Assembly: GCA_965649295.1 (NCBI GenBank)
Contig: CBFGKH010000001.1
Coordinates: 192,001 to 256,000 of the forward strand
Source of the DNA: a candidate division WOR-3 bacterium
GTDB taxonomy: Bacteria > Hydrothermota > Tepidihabitantia > Tepidihabitantales > Tepidihabitantaceae
Direction of reading: 5' to 3'
DNA: 64,000 nucleotides
Shown: in pieces, positions 47,501 through 55,335 of the stretch
Numbering within the stretch: position 1 is the stretch's first letter
Layout: each line of letters begins with the position of its first letter
Notes under the pieces: model-generated
The model's database searches: none
What the model was told of the DNA's origin: nothing
Seen by the model: only the letters and a program-made list of their open reading frames with translations
Translations under genes and position numbers: made by a program

Positions 47501-50043
47501 TTGTTGAACGAGACGCTGACCTGCATGCCCGGTTGGACGGTTACATTCCGGGTGTTGCTGTAGGCGGTACCAATCCGCAGACGCACCGGAACAGTCACTG
47601 CCGCCGTTCCATAGTTGGCCACCAGCGCCTGCGGCGTAATCACTGCCCCCGAATCAACTGTCCCGGTCGGAGCAGTTATCGTCACGGCCGCAGCATCCAC
47701 AACTCGCACCGTGACAACGCTACTCATCGTGTCGTTGGCCGAGTTGGCGTCGTTGGCAAGCCCGGTTGAACAGCGGACAGTCAGGTTGCCTCGCGGTAGC
47801 GCTGTCCAGGCTGCAAAGGCGACACTGGTCTGAGCACCGGCCGCCAGTGAGACTGTCTGGGTGTTGACGTAGAGGCTGCCGATTCTCAAGGTAACCGGAA
47901 AGGTGACGGCAGCCGTTCCGTTGTTGACCACTGTTGCCTGCGGAGTGATGACCGTGCCGGAATCAACCGTCCCGCTCGGCGCGCTGATGGCAACCACCGC
48001 CGCATCACTGCCACCAACAACAACCGTGCTGCTCACAGTATCATTGGCACGCACCAAATCACCAGCCAGTCCAGTCGAACACCGCACCGTCAGCGTACCC
48101 CGTGGCGACGCGGTCCAGTTAGCAAAAGTTACGCTAGTCTGCGCACCGGCGGCAAGCGCGACACTCTGGGTGTTCGTGTAAGCAGTACCAATCTTCAAGG
48201 TAACCGGTATCGTTGCACTCACACTGCCGCAATTCTGGACTGTCGCGCGGGGCGTGATGACCGCTCCGGAATCAACAGCGCCGATTGGAGCGGTAATGGC
48301 GACTACTGCCGCATCAGTCACTCGAACTGTTAGCGAACGCGTCTTGCAGTCGTTAGCAGTATTGGCATCGCCGGCAACCAGTGTTGAGCACTTGGCGGTG
48401 TAGGAGCCACGCGGAACTGCCACCGTCCAGTTCGCGAAAGTCACGAGGGTTGATTCTCCAACCCCAAGACCCGCCACTGTCCGGGTGTCAGTGTAGTATG
48501 AGCCGACCCAAAACCGGACCGAGAAACTACCAATAGCAGTCGTGCCGTAGTTCTTCACCCAAGCAGCAGGTGTCTGCACCGATCCGCTGTCAATCGTCGT
48601 CGCCGGGGCGGTGATTGCCGCCACCCCAACATCACCACTCGGTGGCGGTGCTGAGCCGCCTGACTTGAGCGAGCAGACCGCATAGTAGCTCTTAGGCGGA
48701 ATCATCCAGGCCTTACAACCAGAAAGACCATTCGCCGGCGAGTTCAGCCGAGCGCGGGACGTGCTTGAGCTGTCCGAGAAAACAGTCCAGTTGCCAAACC
48801 CCGGCCAGACGTCATCACCGTCGCCCCGGTTGGTGCCGTCCTGCAGGTCAATTGCACCGTCAGCCTCTTCAACGCAGACACCGTAGGGCATGATTCCGCC
48901 GGCGTTAATCATGTTGAGTGACTCGCGCGCCCGGATCACTGCGTTGTCAATGTGCTGAATCAGCAGCCCGCCTCCCTGTACACCCGGCAGCATCAGGTCA
49001 TAACCAAGATAGCAGCGGTTGGTAATCAACCAGTATTCGCTCGTGTCGGCCGCGGTCACCAGCTTGTAGATACGGCCATTACTGTAGGTGGCAGCCGGAA
49101 TAGTACAGAGCGTCGCGACATTTGGCACCACGATCGGCGTGCGCCAGCCGAGCCGCTCATAGCACCAGGCATCAGGACAGGTTGGCCGCCAAGGCGAGGC
49201 GTTGTTGCCACCCCACGAACCGGTCGCCATCAGACTCCAATTGCCGATCCCTGAACCACCGCCATCGGTGTCATACAGGTCCGGCAGCCCCAACGCATGT
49301 CCCCACTCATGGCAGAACACGCCGATACTGACCATCGTTCCGGTCTGAGTGATGTTACTGCGCTCCGGGCACATGACATAGCCATCAATCTTGATGTACT
49401 GGCCTGGGTGTCCTGGCCTGGGGTCATTAGTGGTGTACACCCCAACACCAGCTTCGGACAGGCTCCAAAGATGCGACCAGATATCATCGTAGTCGCCAGT
49501 CTCCTCAAGTCCGTAGCCGGCGTGTATTACTGTGAAGATATCTACGAAACCATCGCTGTCGGCATCAAAGGCAGCAAAGTTCAATAGGGAATCAACCTTC
49601 TGAGCCGCCTCCTTGGCCAGCAGTGCCGCTCGCTGTATCCCACTGCCGTAACCATAATAGGCACGATTGTTGTTTGCGGTTACCCACCCGACAACTGTCC
49701 CATCAATGTCGAATTGCCCGAAGCTGACCGTCTGGAAGTAATGCCGAGCCGAAGGGTTCGGCCACTCAATCACATTGAACAATCGCTGCTGAAAGGCGCC
49801 AGTCGTGTAGGTCTCGGCAAAGTTTGGGTACTTGATGCAGGCAACCGGGAAATACCTGGTACCAGTGACGGCAGTTGCCTCACCCAGCCCGCGGATGGGC
49901 CGCAGTGCACGATTGAGACCCTGTTTTAGCGCGGAACGATAATCAGCCGTTATCAACGGCTTGTCGAGCTTGTGGTAAGGAGGCATCGAAACCGCGATGC
50001 CAGCAAAGAGCAAAACAGCGGTCAGTAGCTTTCGGGTTGTCAC
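44584..50043 (-). CDS. Second M6-family metalloprotease with 9 CARDB-like repeats, Kelch-like propeller and T9SS-like C-terminal domain
   Basis: DADSDGFVD, CHEWGHALGLPDLYDTDGGG, D...V..I.AP.G.VDSG repeats, six Y..K blades, PNP...RDVAGR...GVY. Confidence 0.9.
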   Translation of the reverse strand: MTTRKLLTAVLLFAGIAVSMPPYHKLDKPLITADYRSALKQGLNRALRPIRGLGEATAVTGTRYFPVACIKYPNFAETYTTGAFQQRLFNVIEWPNPSARHYFQTVSFGQFDIDGTVVGWVTANNNRAYYGYGSGIQRAALLAKEAAQKVDSLLNFAAFDADSDGFVDIFTVIHAGYGLEETGDYDDIWSHLWSLSEAGVGVYTTNDPRPGHPGQYIKIDGYVMCPERSNITQTGTMVSIGVFCHEWGHALGLPDLYDTDGGGSGIGNWSLMATGSWGGNNASPWRPTCPDAWCYERLGWRTPIVVPNVATLCTIPAATYSNGRIYKLVTAADTSEYWLITNRCYLGYDLMLPGVQGGGLLIQHIDNAVIRARESLNMINAGGIMPYGVCVEEADGAIDLQDGTNRGDGDDVWPGFGNWTVFSDSSSTSRARLNSPANGLSGCKAWMIPPKSYYAVCSLKSGGSAPPPSGDVGVAAITAPATTIDSGSVQTPAAWVKNYGTTAIGSFSVRFWVGSYYTDTRTVAGLGVGESTLVTFANWTVAVPRGSYTAKCSTLVAGDANTANDCKTRSLTVRVTDAAVVAITAPIGAVDSGAVITPRATVQNCGSVSATIPVTLKIGTAYTNTQSVALAAGAQTSVTFANWTASPRGTLTVRCSTGLAGDLVRANDTVSSTVVVGGSDAAVVAISAPSGTVDSGTVITPQATVVNNGTAAVTFPVTLRIGSLYVNTQTVSLAAGAQTSVAFAAWTALPRGNLTVRCSTGLANDANSANDTMSSVVTVRVVDAAAVTITAPTGTVDSGAVITPQALVANYGTAAVTVPVRLRIGTAYSNTRNVTVQPGMQVSVSFNNWTALPRGNLVVRCSTYLSGDQQRSNDTISGNVFVRVTDAAALTIAAPTGTVDSGAVITPQATVANRGNQSLSIPVTMRIGSLYSNTQSITVPAGGQSVVTFSPWTAQQRGNLAVRCSTALAGDQVASNNLVTGSVTVNVTDAGVVSVLAPTGAVDSGTVVTPRAMVANYGMAAATFAVTMRIGSSYTNTRTVTVPAGAQNEVTFGNWMAMQRGVQDVRCWTVLSGDLNRSNDTLVSSTRVRVWNAGVLSIDAPSGVYDSGTLVIPHAVVVNRGTEPAVVPVALSVSSGYCDTQYVVLQPGEEAEATFAPWDNMVRGEHTVRCSTGLAFDMVRADDTLTTAAVVRVLDVGVSGLGRPHGTIDSGAQVVPAVSIYNPGTEEAVFALVLSIGSDYRDEYTIELAAGDQAEVLFRPWAATGRGRQTVRCSLDFEGDAVPANDTASTSVTVAVHDAAVVELMAPSDSVPPGVVVPMLRLRNCGTVREPVRVLLDIAGPTRYTDSLVLDSGLPVEADTVLQFAPWNAGRGRYTARGMVVLATEQCPENNSLERQFVVGLGNLAPGWHPAESLPGTTYVRDGGALTFEPISGKFYALKGSRTLEYWSYRPGDSGWTQEPSVPGGDRDRGVYRGSAICCGAGCVYLAKGNNTTEFYRFDVATQTWGALTSIPEGPNRKKVRSGAGMVYVAKPNSDHVYLLKGGDNAFWRYDVGTDTFVELAPAPVGDRPRYGRGSWLVYDGCRYIYALKARYNELHRYDVSEERWDTAVVLSRMPLVSGVTGRRNKKAGDGGCAAFDGNVIYALKGNSTQEFWQYLPADDTWIELESIPKAYPGSSARKRVKAGAALAYYPETGVCYALKGNRSRQFWTYVPGGISWQNAISHSQSGVMASDRTIDARVRLAAVPNPLSTGTLVIRFSPTTSNRWLSVRDVAGRCLVSQSVRAGRDWCQLDLHGLAAGVYILSLEGGGSSEKTKLVVEQ

Positions 50044-50061
50044 AATCGCTCCTCCACAGTA

Positions 50062-50142
50062 AATGACGCATCCACACCCGATGCTCTGGCCGCTCGTCCC
50101 GGAGCGTCATTACATTCTACCCCTCCTGTCAATGACTGTCAA
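50062..50142 (-). promoter_or_regulatory. Promoter and leader hairpin of M6 protease 2
   Basis: TTGACA-N17-TAGAAT with a second TTGACA 10 bp downstream; AATGACGC...GCGTCATT stem in the leader. Confidence 0.6.
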
Positions 50143-50685
50143 TCAAACTCAACCGGTAGCTTCCAGTCACCGCGACAACCCTGATGCCGAACGCAGTTCG
50201 CGCTAGCGGAACCGACCGCCTGCACCCTTTTTCGGGTGCAACGCACGCTGGCGAACATCAGACCTAACTCTTCTTCTCCCAATCTGATGCCCGAGCCCTG
50301 CTCTTCTCCCCTCCCTCGTCCCCCGGACTACTACCAGCAGCCTTCTGCCATCTCTCCTCATCAATACTGGCTTGGGTACCTACGAAGAAATCCCAAGCTT
50401 CGTTGCAACAGCCCTTTTCCAGAACGCCTTGCAGTGAGTCCTACGACTAGCCACTAGAATCGCCTTAGGCGAGGCTACCCACTAGCTCGGCTACCAGACC
50501 TGCGACCCTCCTTGCTACGACCTCTGCCAGTATCCATGCTGACAGACCTGCAGGTCTACTTGAGCCCCAATCCGCTTCGACCTAATTCCCACCCCTGTCA
50601 CTGCTCTAATTGTGCTCGACATCGGCTTCGACGCTATCAGTACGTTCTGCTGCTAGGCACAGCCGGTGCTTTAGCAGTTGCGCTG

Positions 50686-50823
50686 TTGACCTTTCCCTGG
50701 CCCGGAATATGATGACCTGCTGGCTATGCCAGGCTTGCACTGACATCACTAGTGTCAGCCAAGCCATCCCGGCCAGGTCGGGATGGCCTAGCCATTCCCG
50801 GCAATTGAGCAAACCGGCGGAGG
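50686..50823 (+). promoter_or_regulatory. Promoter and structured leader of the symporter gene
   Basis: TTGACC-N16-TATGAT; several nested stems before GGAGG. Confidence 0.5.
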
Positions 50824-50827
50824 CAAC

Positions 50828-52417
50828 GTGCTCCAATTGCTGATCATCGTTGGCTACCTTGCCATGCTGGCCGTCCTCGGCCTGTGGGCAAGACGACTGC
50901 ATACTGGCGGGCATGAGTCATACTTTCTCGCCAATCGCTCAGTCGGCCCGGTTGCACTGCTCCTTACCATGGCCGCCACCAACTTCTCAGCCTTCACCAT
51001 CCTTGGCTTCTCTGGCGCCGGCTACCGGATTGGTTACGGCTATTACCCGATAATGTCATTTGGCACCGGCCTGATGGCAGTCACTTTCTTCTTCATCGGC
51101 ATCCCCGCCTGGCAGGCAGCCCGACGACTCGGCGCAATCACTCCGCCTGAACTCATCTATCGCCAGCTCGGTCACCGTCCGCTCCATCTTGCCTACTTGG
51201 CAGTGATGGTCATCTTCACCCTGCCCTATCTCGCGATTCAGCCGATTGGCGCTGGCTACGCGCTCCAGAGCCTGCTCGGCATACCCTACCGATTTGGTTC
51301 GGCCCTGGTTGTGCTGATTGGTACGAGTTACGTCCTGCTTGGCGGGCTGCACGGCGATGTCTTGACCGACGTCTTCCAGGGGCTCGTGATGCTAGTTGCC
51401 CTCGTCGTGGCGTTTGTTGCTACTTCGCTCGCGCTTGGCGGCTTTACCGCTGCCAGCGCTAGTGTCCTGAAGGAAATGCCCGAACTCTTCGCCCGGCCCG
51501 GCGGTGGCGCCACCCTGCCAGCCGGCATCTGGTTCTCATACCTCCTGCTCTGGCTGCTCTGCGACCCGGTCTTTCCCCAACTCTTTCAGCGATTCCTTGC
51601 TGCCCGCAGCGCCAACTCGCTAGCACTCTCGGCAACCTTGTATCCGGTCGTTACCGGCATTCTTTTCTTTTTCCCGGTTGCCATTGGCGTCCTTGGCCAT
51701 CTCGTCGCTCCCGGACTTGCTGGACAGGCCAGTGACAGCATTCTGCCACTGGTTGTCAACCGACTCTTGCCCAGCTGGCTAAGTGCCGTTGTCGTCGCTG
51801 GCACCCTGGCCGCCCTGATGTCAACGATGGACTCCCAGCTTCTCACGCTCAGCTCAATGCTTGTGCGCGACAGCGGACTGGCGCGCCTGCCGCCGCGCTT
51901 GGCAACAATGCTGCTGGCCGGAGTCGGACTGGCAATTGCCCAGCGGCCGCCCGCACCATTGCTGGAGATAGCCACCGAAACTTTCACCGGTCTTGCCGTA
52001 CTCCTCCCAGTGACAGTCGCAGCCATCTACTGGCCGCGACTCAACGGTTGGGCCGGATTCGCTTCAATCGTTACTGGCGAGGCAATGGTCACACTCTACC
52101 ACTACCGGCTCCTGCCCAGATTCGGTCTGCTGCCTGTCGTCCCAACGACGGTTGTCGTGACCGCAGTGCTGGTTGCCGGTAGCTTGCTCGGACGCCCCTC
52201 GAATCGTCCACCATTGGCGCGGCTGGCCCCTGGTGCATGGCGCTGGTTGGCTACCACGGCACTCGTCTTCCTACTCGCCTTGGACCTCTGGAACTGGAAC
52301 AGAACCGAGCCCCTCTGGCTGGGAGTTCCCTACTGGTTGTGGTACTCAGTCGGACTTAACGGCTTGCTCGTCCTGCTCTTCGCCCGGATGAGCCGCGCTC
52401 GCCTTTTTCTTGACTAA
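50828..52417 (+). CDS. Sodium:solute symporter with C-terminal DUF3311-like extension
   Basis: YFLANRS.G, ATNFSAFT.LGF.G..Y, PQLFQRF, AALMSTMDSQLL; tail DLWNW....LWLGVP.WLWY. Confidence 0.9.
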   Translation: MLQLLIIVGYLAMLAVLGLWARRLHTGGHESYFLANRSVGPVALLLTMAATNFSAFTILGFSGAGYRIGYGYYPIMSFGTGLMAVTFFFIGIPAWQAARRLGAITPPELIYRQLGHRPLHLAYLAVMVIFTLPYLAIQPIGAGYALQSLLGIPYRFGSALVVLIGTSYVLLGGLHGDVLTDVFQGLVMLVALVVAFVATSLALGGFTAASASVLKEMPELFARPGGGATLPAGIWFSYLLLWLLCDPVFPQLFQRFLAARSANSLALSATLYPVVTGILFFFPVAIGVLGHLVAPGLAGQASDSILPLVVNRLLPSWLSAVVVAGTLAALMSTMDSQLLTLSSMLVRDSGLARLPPRLATMLLAGVGLAIAQRPPAPLLEIATETFTGLAVLLPVTVAAIYWPRLNGWAGFASIVTGEAMVTLYHYRLLPRFGLLPVVPTTVVVTAVLVAGSLLGRPSNRPPLARLAPGAWRWLATTALVFLLALDLWNWNRTEPLWLGVPYWLWYSVGLNGLLVLLFARMSRARLFLD

Positions 52418-52922
52418 CAGCTTGCCGGCCTCGACGGAAGAAATCCTCCCATTCCGCAACTGCGCCCGGCGTCATCTCCGGCTTCTCAGCCGAGGACTCA
52501 TCGCCGCGGGCAGCCGGACCTCGGCCAAGCGCCGATAGCTCGCTGGCGAAGTCGGCAGCCGAGACGACTCTTACGCCATAATCGCGGGCGTGCAAAGCGA
52601 TGGAGTTATCAGAAGACACCAGTAAGCAGGCCCTTGGGTGTTTCTCGACCGCCATCATTCTCTTGATGACATCATCAGCACTCTGCGGGTGGCGGGAATA
52701 GACTACGTCAACTCCGAAATGCCGGGACGAAATTGACCGAACCGATGTGCTCTGGCCGTCAAAAACAACTGTCACTCGCACTTTTCGCGCCACACTGTAG
52801 CGCTCAAGCTGAGCGACCAACCGCTCACGCGCCCTCTCCGTATCAACAGGCAGCAACTTGGCCAGTGCCGGAATCTTGTGGATGAGATTGTAGCCGTCAA
52901 CAATGCAGCGCTGCTGCGACAC
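52356..52922 (-). CDS. NYN (YacP-like) domain protein
   Basis: IVDGYNLIH, VVFDG, SADDVI, VSSD. Confidence 0.85.
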   Translation of the reverse strand: MSQQRCIVDGYNLIHKIPALAKLLPVDTERARERLVAQLERYSVARKVRVTVVFDGQSTSVRSISSRHFGVDVVYSRHPQSADDVIKRMMAVEKHPRACLLVSSDNSIALHARDYGVRVVSAADFASELSALGRGPAARGDESSAEKPEMTPGAVAEWEDFFRRGRQAVSQEKGERGSSGRRAGRASR

Positions 52923-52929
52923 AGTCTGC

Positions 52930-54903
52930 CTATGGTGCCAGCCCCACCTGTAGCAACAACCCGACGGTTGCCGCCACCAGTGAGACAACAGTGATAATTA
53001 ACCCGGTACGAAACCAGGCGCCAAAGCTGATTGACTGGCCGGTAACTCGCTCATACATTCCCACCGCGACGAGGTTGGCGCTGGAACCCACCATCGTCAG
53101 GTTGCCACCGAAACAGCCACCAAACAACAGCGCCCACCACAAAACTGACGCGTGGGGTAACTTCACTGCCTGCAACGACTTCACGACCGGTACAAGCGCA
53201 GCAACGATTGGCATGTTATCAACAAAACCCGACCCAACACCAGCACCCCAGAGCATCAACACCAGCGCTGAGCCGGTTACGCCGGCGCTGCCAAGCAGGT
53301 GATTAACCGGCGACCGTTCGGCTGCCTGCAGCAACAGGTAGCCAATCTTGGTCGTCACGCCGGTGTGCTCGAGACAGGCCGCGCAGGCAAACAGGAACAT
53401 AAAGAACAAGAGCGTCCACCAGTCAATACTCCGGGCGATGAGCTGCCGGCCGCGCTCCTGCTCGACAAAAATCACAAAAGCAACCGCGGCCAGCGGCGCT
53501 GCCATCAGCATCGTCCCTTCACCCAATCGTAGCAACGTTTCAAGTCGCGCGTGAAACATAATCGCCGCCACGACCGCAAGAAACGTGATACCTCCCAAAC
53601 GCAGCTCATCGGTATCGAAGCCACTTGCCATCCGCTCAAACTCACGATTGTCCACAACCTGCCGCGTCGCCAGTTGGCGACGAAACAGTAGTACTATCAG
53701 TCCACCGATGGCCAGCGCCGAGACAAAGGAGATTGGCGTTGCCCAACGTAGGAAATCCTCAAAGGTGAGCTGGGCAATGAACGCGAGATACACGCCAATG
53801 GGATTACCGACAAGCGTCAATGCGCTGCCGATATTGGTAGCAAAGACCAGCGCTAAGAGGTAGGGTAACACCGGTGTCTTGGTGCGGCGAGCAATCTCCA
53901 CTGCCAGCCCAAATGTCACCAGGATGCCCGAGACCTCGCCGACAAAACCACTGAGCAACACCGAAAAACCCATCAGGATTAGCAGCAAGACCCACGGCAC
54001 GCCGCCGACCCGACGGACGACCTGAATGACAATGAACTTGAACAGCCCCTTGTCCTCTACCCACTTGATTAGCACCATCATTGCCATCACGAAGATGATC
54101 GTCGGCAGCGACATGTACTCAACCATCTGCGGCAGGTCAATAACTCCCGCCAGCAATAGCAGGCTGAGTCCCACTCCCACAACCGCCAACCGAAACTTCC
54201 AGAAAAGTAGGGTGCCAACAATCATGGCAGCGAAAATCGCTACCACCAGTGCCTGCCGGGACAGCCACGGCTCAAAGTTGAACCGCAGCAGACCAAGCTC
54301 CTCATAGACGCTCCCCGCCGACAACACTACTCGCGGCAGCAGCAGCTTGGCGCCCACCCAAACCCCAACTACTACCAGCGCTGTCAGCAGAATGCCTCGA
54401 CTCCGCCAAAGCCAGTTTGGGGTCGGCGAACGTCGCAGCAGTTGCACAATCTGCTGAGCTGAACTGGCCCGCAACAACCGGCCCTTCAGATACTCGTTCC
54501 CGAGCAGGCGGGCAACCGCCGCTAATGTCTGCAGGTAGCGTGACCGCGCTGCTGCGTCGGCAACAATAACCGCGACCAGTCGTACCGGTTCTCCATCAAC
54601 AGCGTGCCAGTCTATACCGCTGCGAATCCGGACCAAAACAACTGCCGGCTCAGTCCCGGTTGCCGGAATCAAAGCGTGCGGCAACGCGACACCAGCGCCG
54701 ACCCCAGTCGAACCCTGCGCCTCACGCTGCAACAAGGCCTGCACCAAGCCGGCCTTATCGGTGACCAGGCCGGCGGCCGCCAGTCGCTCGGCCGCAACGC
54801 GAAAGACCTCTTCTGGTCCGCTAGCCTCGGCCAGGTCAACAACCAAGTCTATCCCCAAGTTGAGACCTGGTTCGTGTCGGCCAGTATGAATTGGGTCAGT
54901 CAA
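52930..54903 (-). CDS. PTS IIA domain fused to an ArsB/NhaD/SLC13 (IT superfamily) permease, paralogue 2
   Basis: RE...STGVG.GVALPHA; FATNIGSALTLVGNP, IDWWTLLFF, SGFVDNMP, GGNLT.VGSSANLV. Confidence 0.88.
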   Translation of the reverse strand: MTDPIHTGRHEPGLNLGIDLVVDLAEASGPEEVFRVAAERLAAAGLVTDKAGLVQALLQREAQGSTGVGAGVALPHALIPATGTEPAVVLVRIRSGIDWHAVDGEPVRLVAVIVADAAARSRYLQTLAAVARLLGNEYLKGRLLRASSAQQIVQLLRRSPTPNWLWRSRGILLTALVVVGVWVGAKLLLPRVVLSAGSVYEELGLLRFNFEPWLSRQALVVAIFAAMIVGTLLFWKFRLAVVGVGLSLLLLAGVIDLPQMVEYMSLPTIIFVMAMMVLIKWVEDKGLFKFIVIQVVRRVGGVPWVLLLILMGFSVLLSGFVGEVSGILVTFGLAVEIARRTKTPVLPYLLALVFATNIGSALTLVGNPIGVYLAFIAQLTFEDFLRWATPISFVSALAIGGLIVLLFRRQLATRQVVDNREFERMASGFDTDELRLGGITFLAVVAAIMFHARLETLLRLGEGTMLMAAPLAAVAFVIFVEQERGRQLIARSIDWWTLLFFMFLFACAACLEHTGVTTKIGYLLLQAAERSPVNHLLGSAGVTGSALVLMLWGAGVGSGFVDNMPIVAALVPVVKSLQAVKLPHASVLWWALLFGGCFGGNLTMVGSSANLVAVGMYERVTGQSISFGAWFRTGLIITVVSLVAATVGLLLQVGLAP

Positions 54904-54906
54904 TCG

Positions 54907-55320
54907 CTAGCCTGCGTTGGTGATGAGAATTGGACAGGGCAGAGTGGGCAGAAACTCATCAGGCAACCGGTAGTTTGAACCAGCAAGGCTCGCCGAGCTT
55001 AGCACGACAAGGTCACTACCGGTATTGTGAGCCAGGGTCTGAATATCCTCAACATCGCCCTCACGGGCCATGACCGATGATTTGATGCCGGCTGCCTTGA
55101 ACTCCTCTTCCAACCGATAGAGGTCGTGCCAGCACTTGCGCTCACGCTCCTCCCGTACAACCATACGGCGAGTATCGCCATCCGTGGTTGTCTCGCGATT
55201 ACAACCGATGGCAAACAGAGCACTGAGCAACACGGTGCTGTCGGTCCGCCGGGCGAGGTCCATTACCAGATGCTTCTCCTCCTGCTTTTCGCTCACGATA
55301 TAGAGTATCTTCTTGAACAT
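54907..55320 (-). CDS. Universal stress protein (USP) family
   Basis: MFKKILY, REGD...I..LA....SDLVVL, LPCPILI. Confidence 0.72.
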   Translation of the reverse strand: MFKKILYIVSEKQEEKHLVMDLARRTDSTVLLSALFAIGCNRETTTDGDTRRMVVREERERKCWHDLYRLEEEFKAAGIKSSVMAREGDVEDIQTLAHNTGSDLVVLSSASLAGSNYRLPDEFLPTLPCPILITNAG

Positions 55321-55335
55321 TGGCTTAGACTCCCT

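Noticed and set aside
38347..50043. Repeating DNA in the two large genes as a possible CRISPR array or DNA repeat element
   Set aside because: The repeats are degenerate, about 300 bp, in frame and conserved at protein level; there are no identical short repeats with unique spacers and no cas genes
50150..50680. Short ORFs of 66-77 aa between protease 2 and the symporter
   Set aside because: They lack SDs and recognisable motifs and lie between two divergent promoters
50721..50794. tRNA-like reading of the symporter leader (ends in CCA)
   Set aside because: It has no TTC T-loop or D-loop GG, and the arm lengths do not fit a cloverleaf
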